From: Thermoplasmatota archaeon
GTDB lineage: Archaea; Thermoplasmatota; Thermoplasmata; GCA-020350865; JAUVCJ01
Assembly (NCBI GenBank): GCA_030595765.1
Contig: JAUVCJ010000001.1
Coordinates: 1-33,462 of the forward strand
DNA length: 33,462 nt
Direction of reading: 5' to 3'
In this document: positions 1 through 7,000 of the stretch, one piece after another
How the letters are laid out: each line of letters opens with the position of its first letter
Position numbering within the stretch: position 1 is the first letter of the stretch
The notes under the pieces: generated by a model
The model's input: the letters and a program-made list of their open reading frames with translations, nothing else
The model's database searches: none
Told to the model about the DNA's origin: nothing
Program-made: the position numbers and the translations under genes

Positions 1-510
1 CTGCTTTCAGATAGGCCCATCTATCTTCTGGACGAACCAACCTCCAACCTGGATCCGATATCAGCCAACTTTCTGCGGCTATTCGCCCGTGATGCCCTGG
101 CCATATCAGGCAAGACAGTGGTATTGGCAACCCACAATCTATGGGAAGCCGAGATGATCTGCGACAGGATACTGATACTCGACAAGGGCAGGATCCTATT
201 GATGGACAGCACCAGCAACATCAAGAGAACACGAGGCGAGGAGTATGCCGCCATAACCCTCGAAAAAGTGCCTGAGAAACTTATCAAGGAACTGGAAATG
301 CTTGAGTTCGTGGAGAAGGTCAAGAAAGATGGGGAGACCTGGATAGGCGAGTATCTTTGCTACCGTATCAAGGTATACGGCGACATCAAGATGAACATCC
401 AAAAGCTGCTGCTCAAGTGCACTGAGTTCACTGAAGTTGCAAAGCTGGAAATAAAGGAACCAAACCTCAATGACGTGTTCCTAAAATTAGTGGGGGAGAA
501 GAATGGGTAG
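1..510 (+). CDS. ABC transporter ATP-binding subunit, C-terminal part (5' end cut by window edge)
   Basis: Frame 1 is open from nt 1. It reads LLSDRPIYLLDEPTSNLD (Walker B/D-loop), then VVLATHNLWEAEMICDRILILDKGRI (H-loop region). The listed ORF 118..510 is the same frame from an internal GTG. The stop overlaps the next start by 8 nt. Confidence 0.85.
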   Translation: MLSDRPIYLLDEPTSNLDPISANFLRLFARDALAISGKTVVLATHNLWEAEMICDRILILDKGRILLMDSTSNIKRTRGEEYAAITLEKVPEKLIKELEMLEFVEKVKKDGETWIGEYLCYRIKVYGDIKMNIQKLLLKCTEFTEVAKLEIKEPNLNDVFLKLVGEKNG

Positions 511-1471
511 GAAGGACGAGCTCATTTTCTGGGACCCCTATGCTCACGACGAGGTTGTGGAAAAGCCTATAGAACTGCTTCCGCCGGGAAAGCATGAGGA
601 TGTCAAACACGGCCTCACCTTCAAAGAAAAGATGGAGATGATCGCCAGCTATGCCTCGGTCAGGGCAAAGCTATGGTACCGGTTCAGGGTTAGCTTTTTC
701 ATATCTCTTCTGTCAATGGTCATTGCCATCCTAATCTGGTTCTTCATGGGTGTGGTCCTGGGGAACATCGACCTTGGCAGTGGATACCAGAATGTGAACT
801 ACTTCACCTTCGTGCTGGTTGGCATCATCATCAATCAATACATCACCCTTACATTAACGACTTATCTAGATACGCTCAGGGAGATATATTGGGACAACCG
901 GCTTGAGCTTTACATGACCTCTCCTGCAAGGCTTAACACCTTCTTTGTCTCGGCATTGCTATGGACCTATCTCTACGCCACCATAAACGTTCTGATATAC
1001 TTCAGTGTGGGCATATTCGTATTCGGCGCCAATCTGAGCCTGCCATCGGCAGCCCACGCCTTTGGAATGATATTGATACTCCTGCTTCTCATCGTTGCAC
1101 TCTCAGGCATAGGCCTGATATCTGCAAGCATGTTCTTCTTCCTTGAGGCAAAGGGCTCTGAGGAGCCAATAAGCTGGTTTTTGGTCACCATCACAGGTCT
1201 GGTTGCAGGTGTTTTCTACCCTGCGGAGATATTCCTGACCCACTTCCCACCTCTATATTATCTCTCTCAAGCTCTCCCCCAGACCCATGCCATCGGCGCA
1301 ATACGAAAAATAATGATGATAGGGGGGCCTGGGCTACCCTTGACCGAGCTTCTCAGGACCATCATCATACTTGCCGTATTCGCCCTTATCCTGTTCCCCT
1401 TGGGTCAGGCCATGTTCAAAAAGGCCGTGAGAAAAGGAGAGAAAGAGGGAAAACTGGCTAAATGGAGCTAG
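503..1471 (+). CDS. ABC-2-type exporter permease
   Basis: 322 aa. A soluble N-terminus is followed by about six hydrophobic helices (e.g. FFISLLSMVIAILIWFFMGVVLG, FGMILILLLLIVALSGIGLISA, ILAVFALILFPLG). It is translationally coupled to the upstream ATPase. The family call rests on architecture and context only. Confidence 0.75.
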   Translation: MGRKDELIFWDPYAHDEVVEKPIELLPPGKHEDVKHGLTFKEKMEMIASYASVRAKLWYRFRVSFFISLLSMVIAILIWFFMGVVLGNIDLGSGYQNVNYFTFVLVGIIINQYITLTLTTYLDTLREIYWDNRLELYMTSPARLNTFFVSALLWTYLYATINVLIYFSVGIFVFGANLSLPSAAHAFGMILILLLLIVALSGIGLISASMFFFLEAKGSEEPISWFLVTITGLVAGVFYPAEIFLTHFPPLYYLSQALPQTHAIGAIRKIMMIGGPGLPLTELLRTIIILAVFALILFPLGQAMFKKAVRKGEKEGKLAKWS

Positions 1472-1492
1472 GGCTCGCCAACTCAATAATCA

Positions 1493-1560
1493 CTCGTTCA
1501 AACATCAATCTCGTTCAAGCACCATTCGTGTTCGAGTAGCTTTCTCATTCAAGCATCCTC
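1493..1560. repeat. Degenerate 17-bp tandem repeat, 4 units
   Basis: The units are ctcgttcaaacatcaat / ctcgttcaagcaccatt / cgtgttcgagtagcttt / ctcattcaagcatcctc. They start at 1493, 1510, 1527 and 1544, in the convergent intergenic spacer after the permease gene. Confidence 0.5.
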
Positions 1561-1574
1561 GCTGGTTTTATTTA

Positions 1575-1727
1575 TTACTGGACAAATTCGGATGAGTTTA
1601 AGTTAACCATCCTGTGCATCACACCAGCCATCACACCAGCCATCACACCAGTATGGTCGGGCTTTCCAAAATAGCCAAAACTACCACCCTTTCCACATAA
1701 CGGACACTTAATCATCATTTTAGTCAT
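1575..1727 (-). CDS. Hypothetical 50-aa protein (single CPLC knuckle, GVMA x3 repeat); may not be expressed
   Basis: The ATG at 1727..1725 overlaps the ligase stop (minus strand aATGACTAA). Translation is MTKMMIKCPLCGKGGSFGYFGKPDHTGVMAGVMAGVMHRMVNLNSSEFVQ. The listed ORF 1575..1802 is the same frame extended upstream into the ligase gene. No recognisable family. Confidence 0.2.
   Translation of the reverse strand: MTKMMIKCPLCGKGGSFGYFGKPDHTGVMAGVMAGVMHRMVNLNSSEFVQ
1617..1650. repeat. 12-bp perfect tandem repeat catcacaccagc, about 2.8 copies
   Basis: Read directly: catcacaccagc catcacaccagc catcacacca. On the minus strand it encodes the GVMAGVMAGVM stretch of the mini-ORF. Confidence 0.9.
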
Positions 1728-2697
1728 TTTGATTCGCCTCCAACAATTTTTGAAGATAACCTCTAAAAAAATACGAAGTCTTTTTGGATATTGCCTTCTC
1801 AATCGTGCTGGTCATTTCAAATTCTCCATCAGCTTCAACAACAATATCCTCTCGCATAGCTCTAATGACCTCTCCTGTCTGTTTTATGGACGGCGAGGGA
1901 AGAAAAGCATCAAGTACGTGCATAAATCTCATATGCGTACACCATTCGTCTGCGATAGCCTCTGCTTCAAGCAATACTTCAGGGCTTACTCCTGGCTTCC
2001 TTTTGCTCGTAGTCTCTCGAAAAGCATCGTTTTTGTGTTTGGCAATCGTACGTTTTCCATTGTTCTGGGTCAGTTCTATAAGAGGTCTGATAACAATCCC
2101 TTCCCTGGCCTTATCCCCTTCAATCCCAAGCATCTTCGACACCAACGATGGCCTATCCCTCACTTCATCCAATTTTTCCAACGTACAATCGATTATCTCA
2201 CCTGGAACGCACATTAGATCGAGCTTTTCACAAAGTGGTGGTATTTTTTCAAATGAAAGGAAACAATCATCCACCTGTATCTCAAACACAATGAACTGAT
2301 TTGTCTTCCCATAGGTTCCAGACATCTTCATAAGCTTCCCTCCAAAGTGTTCACCATAAATCCTCACTTTTTTCTCTCCGAAAATCTCCGTAAGTTTGAA
2401 ATGTAGGGCTTCCTCGTCAAAAAGAGCCTCGAAATTCATCTGTTTTGCACCGCCAGGATGAAAATTCATTCTCTTGCTATCTCCATAATAGAGAATCCAC
2501 GCTGAAGTTCCGTGAACTTTTTCGGTGACCCACACTTTCTTGAACATCATTATTGTTTGGTCAGAATACAAATTTGGTATTTTCATATATCCCATTTTCA
2601 TTTCTCCTTCAATCATTCCCATAAATTGTAATCTACGAGCCAAAAGCCACCAGGCCTGAACACTGAGCAAGTTCAAGTTCTGTAATAAAGCGGTCAA
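1720..2697 (-). CDS. ATP-dependent RNA ligase, Rnl2-like (T4 RNA ligase 2 / DRB0094-type nucleotidyltransferase)
   Basis: The covalent nucleotidyltransferase motifs appear in the canonical order: I EKVHGTS (compare T4 Rnl2 EKIHGTN), III FIVFEIQV, IV EGIVIRP, V TIAKHKND. The listed start is TTG at 2697 and overlaps the GTPase stop (2694..2696). In-frame ATGs at 2622, 2616, 2601, 2595 and 2586 are alternative starts. Confidence 0.75.
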   Translation of the reverse strand: MTALLQNLNLLSVQAWWLLARRLQFMGMIEGEMKMGYMKIPNLYSDQTIMMFKKVWVTEKVHGTSAWILYYGDSKRMNFHPGGAKQMNFEALFDEEALHFKLTEIFGEKKVRIYGEHFGGKLMKMSGTYGKTNQFIVFEIQVDDCFLSFEKIPPLCEKLDLMCVPGEIIDCTLEKLDEVRDRPSLVSKMLGIEGDKAREGIVIRPLIELTQNNGKRTIAKHKNDAFRETTSKRKPGVSPEVLLEAEAIADEWCTHMRFMHVLDAFLPSPSIKQTGEVIRAMREDIVVEADGEFEMTSTIEKAISKKTSYFFRGYLQKLLEANQND

Positions 2698-3545
2698 ACC
2701 TGGTGGATCCAGTTCTTTCTCTTCTCCAGCTTCCGCATGGCTTCTGCCTGGCCCAGCGCCCCCAGCTCCACTTTCATGAGCTTGTTCACCAAAGCCATTG
2801 CATGGGTCTTGGTGGGGTTGTTGATGTCGAGATTGACAGCTTTTGCCTGCTGCCTGGCTATGGCCATTGCATATTCAGCATCCCGACCCATGCCCTGGCA
2901 GAAATCGGTGATGATGGCGTCCAGCACCTTGGAAAGAGTAGGCCTCCCGCTTGAAAGCTTCTGCTCTACAGCTATCCTGGGAACCTTCTGCCTGGCAGGA
3001 GTGGAAACTCCTGTACCCAATAAGCGGCCGCCAAGCATTTCAAAGACCTTCTCGATGTTCTCTCCGGTCTTTGCGCTGGTCAGGAAACCCTCTGAACCAA
3101 GCTCTAGTGCCAGCTCGTTGATCTCATCAAGGCCATATTCCCGCTTGTCAACAAGGTCAGCCTTGTTGCCGATCACCATCATGGGAACCTCCAGACCCTC
3201 TGAATACATCTTGGCCATCCAGTACTCCCTCAAACTCTCAAGGGTCTGCTTCCTTGTAAGATCACAGACCAGTAGTGCCCCTTGTGCTCCCCGGAAGGCA
3301 GAAGAGAGTATCATCTCGAAGTCCCTCTGGCCTATGACGTCCCATATCATCAACTCCAGCATTGTTGCGCTGGCCTGATGAGTGATTTGCATGGTCTTTC
3401 TGGAGATCTTAGTTCCAAGTGTTGCAATATATTTATCATCAAAAGTATCGGTCACAAACCGTTTGATGCAACTGGTCTTTCCAACTGCATGATCCCCTAG
3501 AAGAACCACCTTCTTCCTAACTTCCCTGGTTTGGACGCCTGCCAC
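2694..3545 (-). CDS. Ras/Rab-like small GTPase with about 100-aa C-terminal helical extension
   Basis: All five G boxes are present: G1 GDHAVGKT, G2 IATLGT, G3 WDVIGQ, G4 GNKADL, G5 TSAKTG. The start is GTG at 3545. Residues from about 185 to 283 (…DAIITDFCQGMGRDAEYAMAIARQQAKAV…) match no family I can name. Confidence 0.85.
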   Translation of the reverse strand: MAGVQTREVRKKVVLLGDHAVGKTSCIKRFVTDTFDDKYIATLGTKISRKTMQITHQASATMLELMIWDVIGQRDFEMILSSAFRGAQGALLVCDLTRKQTLESLREYWMAKMYSEGLEVPMMVIGNKADLVDKREYGLDEINELALELGSEGFLTSAKTGENIEKVFEMLGGRLLGTGVSTPARQKVPRIAVEQKLSSGRPTLSKVLDAIITDFCQGMGRDAEYAMAIARQQAKAVNLDINNPTKTHAMALVNKLMKVELGALGQAEAMRKLEKRKNWIHQV

Positions 3546-3759
3546 AGATACCGCATTCCTTTTAAGTGACCCCGAGCAGCCTCGATAGTTTCAAGTAAAT
3601 TGCCACAAAGAGCCAATATATAAAGGACAAGGCAATATTTTATCTTTACTGCACAGGCGCAATTCTGAGAAAATTGATTGAGCCAGACCCCAAAACATGA
3701 GCTTATTGTTGATATTGTCTGTAAAGGTCTGTAAAGAGATGAAGAGCTTTTCACCAGAA

Positions 3760-3773
3760 GAAACCTATAAATA
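3760..3773 (+). promoter_or_regulatory. Candidate BRE/TATA box of the 5S rRNA gene
   Basis: The sequence gaaacc-TATAAATA has its TATA at 3766..3773, about 30-35 nt upstream of the predicted mature 5' end of 5S. This spacing fits archaeal promoters. Confidence 0.4.
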
Positions 3774-3802
3774 ACACAAGGAATATCGGGCTAAATACAA
3801 AA

Positions 3803-3927
3803 GTGGGCTGACGGCCATAGCGGCAGGGTCACACCCGGTCCCATCTCGAACCCGGAAGTTAAGCCTGCCTGCGTTCTCCGTTGTACTGTGGTGCGCGAGC
3901 CCACGGGAAGCTTAGGTCCTTGAGGCA
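3803..3927 (+). rRNA. 5S ribosomal RNA (archaeal type), not linked to 16S/23S in this window
   Basis: It contains the conserved 5S blocks GGCCATAGCGGCAGGG…CACCCGGTCCCATCTCGAACCCGGAAGTTAAGCCTGCCTGCG…GTACTGTGGTGCGCGAGCCCACGGGAA. The helix II, III and IV pairings are visible by eye. The ends are uncertain by about 5 nt because the terminal helix is weak. Confidence 0.85.
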
Positions 3928-4032
3928 CGTTGAGAATAAGGCCTAGGGGCGGGGCGTTAGATTTCCCTTCGGGGAGAACGACCGTTCCATCCTGTTTGAA
4001 AGCCATTGTTCTCTGGGAACGTCGTCAACCAC

Positions 4033-4056
4033 TTTTTACTTTCACTTTTTCATTTT
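4033..4056 (+). terminator. Oligo-T tracts (possible archaeal-type terminator for the 5S transcription unit)
   Basis: T5 lies at 4033..4037, T5 at 4046..4050 and T4 at 4053..4056 on the + strand, about 105 nt after the 5S 3' end. No comparable T tracts occur between them. Confidence 0.3.
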
Positions 4057-4062
4057 CTTCCT

Positions 4063-7000
4063 CTAACCGCTCGTGCTATCACAGTTCTGCTTACCACCGG
4101 TCTGTTTCCTACCAGCTTCAGCTTTTCTGCGCCTCCTCCTCATAAAAATCATACAGAGAATAATTATTCCGCTGGGAGCCATGATATCAGAGAACTCTGG
4201 TATTACCTGGGTTGAGGCATTATCCTGAGAGTGTTCCAGTGCAATGCCCTTTCGCTCATAATCGAGGCCAACTATGTTGTTCAAGAAAAAGGACGTTGCA
4301 GGGTCATCGATCTGGACAGTTATCGTAAAGGAGTTGAGCGTGTTCTTTCTAACCCTTGTGAAGACATATTCCAGGGGGTTGCCGGCGGTGTCCGAGGAAT
4401 CATAGCTTCCATGTGAACTCGCAGTATCGCTGACATAGGTTACTCCAGATGGTAGGGTGTCATTGATCCATACAGTATCAGCATCCCTGTCTCCAGTATT
4501 ATTGAAATATATCGTATAGGTCAGCAGGCTCCCGGGCAAAGCGGTTGTCAGGTCCACTGTTTTTCCAACTGTGATTTGAGGTCTCTTTATCCCGGTTGAA
4601 GCGCTGGCATGGGTTGAGGGCTGAATGTCTCCGGTCAGATTGGTATATGTCGCGTGAACTGTGTTCGTAATGGTAGAGCCATTCACCACCCCTATGGCCG
4701 TTAGGATGTCAAATTCAATTATACCTCCTATTGGAACCCCTGAAAATATGTAACTCATCTCCTGCCCATTAATGGCGCCTGATACAAAATAACCAGAACC
4801 GCTTGCATCATCGCTTACATGAGTCGCCCCTTCTGGCAGGGTGTCGTTCACCCAAATTGTGTCTGCTGTATCTCCACCAATGTTTTCCAAGGCGATCGTA
4901 TATGTAAGACTATCACCCATTTCCACATCCACCTTGCTGCCTACTTTTGTTGTGTCCATATATGGCCCAGGAAGAGTCACTGTCGTATCTTCTGTAGCCT
5001 GTTTGGGTGTTATTGGAATGCCCAGCACATCTTCGGCTTCGACATCGATAATATTGGTTATCAGGCCGCTAATCGGAAGTGTTACATCAAATGATATCGT
5101 GAATGTGATTGTAGCCCCATCAGCAAGCCCTGAGAACTCAAACAATAGTGGATTGCTGGTGGTGTCTGAGCTCACAAAATGTGAATCAGAACTGCTTGTA
5201 TCCGAGAGATAGACCAACCCGGATGGGGATGTATCGTTGACCCAAATAGCTCCGGTCGTGCCGTCACCGGTGTTTTCCACTGTGATCGTGTATGTTAGGG
5301 TATCTCCGATGGTCACCGGATCAGCCGAGCCCAGCTTGGTCACATCCAGGTCTGGCTCGTTCTTGTCATTTGGCTTTCCTTTTGTGTTCACTACAGATTT
5401 ATACCAATCTTTGCTGCTATCATCGTCATCTGGGTAACCAGTATCCCCTAAGCGATACCGAGCATGGGTCTCTCCACTTTTTAGCCTTATTCCATTGAAG
5501 CCGTCTATCTCAACGCCGCTGGAGTCGAATATGCGAATAAGCGGGGGGTCATCGCCTAAGACTGTCCCCAAGTCCACCACCAGATATTCACTGCCTGATA
5601 GCCAGGCTCCAATAGAAGTTCCAGCAGGGAACGTGTATATTATTATGCCTGCACCTCTGCCAGCCCTGATAGTCCATCCTGATAGGTCCACTGCAACGCC
5701 AAGGGGGTTTGCCAGCTCTACCCAATCATTTGAGCCAAAAGAGCTTATTTCATTGACCACGACATTTGTTGCCTGGGCTCTTGAGGTGTACTCACTAGCT
5801 CTGGTATCATACCTATGGATGCCAAGGTCGGAAAGGTCAGAGTGCAATTCAGAGTCTTGGGTCCAGTCCGAAGTGGAAAGCCAGGCTTCAAAGTCAGATG
5901 TATCGTTGATACCGATACTTGAATAGTCAACCTGTAGCTCCAGAGAGTCCGAATCCAGCGCGGCAGAGATATTGCTCACGAAAGTCCAATTCCATTCAAC
6001 ATTGGATGTTCCTGAATAGGTGTAGAATATGGATGAGAGTATTCTGTTGTCCCTCCCTGTCACCTCTATTAGGGCTTCGGCTCCAAACGGCGCGCCATTA
6101 GAGTAACCGGTATCTAGGTCACGGTCGAGGTCAAGAAATACCATGGCATAATCAAGACCCTTGAGCTCCTCGATCTCAATGGGTCTAACTATTGGGGAGC
6201 TGATGTACAGCTCTCCCAGATAGGTGTCATTGCCATTGGGCCAATCACGTATGCCGTCACCATCGGTATCGATATGAGCCACCTCGTCGAAGCCGTCATT
6301 ATCATCATCAGAATCATTGAACCAGTCAATGCCATCATTGTCGTAGTCCTGCCAGTTATCAGGCTCGTCTATGTCTGGAATGCCATCACCGTCGGTGTCA
6401 CGGAGTGGAAGGCCGATGAATATCGACACATTTCTGCCACTGTATGGTTCGGGGTAGCTCGTTGGAATGGTTGTTTCCAGATAAGTATCGTTGCCATACG
6501 GATAATCCATCACTCCATCACCATCCACGTCCCGATTGGTCTCTCTATCGGGTATACCATCATTATTGAAATCTCCCTGGAATGCCAGAGGTTCAAGGTA
6601 GTCCGGAACTGTGTCCAGGTCATAGTCTGGCTTGGAAACCGACCGTAGTTTCACAGCTGGCACACTGGTTCCGCCAAGCATTGAGCCAGACACCTTGAAT
6701 AAAAATGACAGGTCTCTGGTGCTAGCTACCATATGATAGGAGGTCAGGTCGATGTTCGGGTTGATAGCATCTCCAACCCGGTCATTGTAGGGGACGAACC
6801 TGTTCCAGTCCGCAAAGGCGCCATCAACCACCACCCAGTCCGGAATGCTCTCCAGGTAATATGAGCTCAGCTCTTGAGAGTGGAGCGTCACTGGCTCCAA
6901 AGTGGCGATGTCGGCAGGAGATACCAGACGGAGCCCAAAGGATGAGCCAGGCAAAACAGATATCGGAACATCCACGGTGGTAAAGAGCGTGATGTTGTTT

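Noticed and set aside
1729-2299. Plus-strand ORFs 1729..2217 and 1784..2299.
   Set aside because: They are antisense to the RNA ligase gene, whose motif order is diagnostic. Their peptides are low-complexity and Ser-rich.
3497-3754. An 85-aa minus-strand ORF overlapping the GTPase start and its upstream region.
   Set aside because: It overlaps the 5' end of the GTPase gene out of frame, the rest lies in an AT-rich promoter-like spacer, and the peptide has no motif. It is most likely non-coding.
3928-4032. A possible tRNA gene downstream of 5S, as seen in some archaeal rRNA operons.
   Set aside because: I could not find an acceptor stem, a D-loop or a GTTCRAATC-type T-loop. Only simple hairpins are present, and these are kept as a low-interest note under the 5S finding.
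3791-4145. ORFs 3791..4006 (-), 3930..4145 (+) and 4006..4215 (+).
   Set aside because: They overlap the 5S rRNA gene, its trailer, or the 3' end of the giant gene. None shows coding features.
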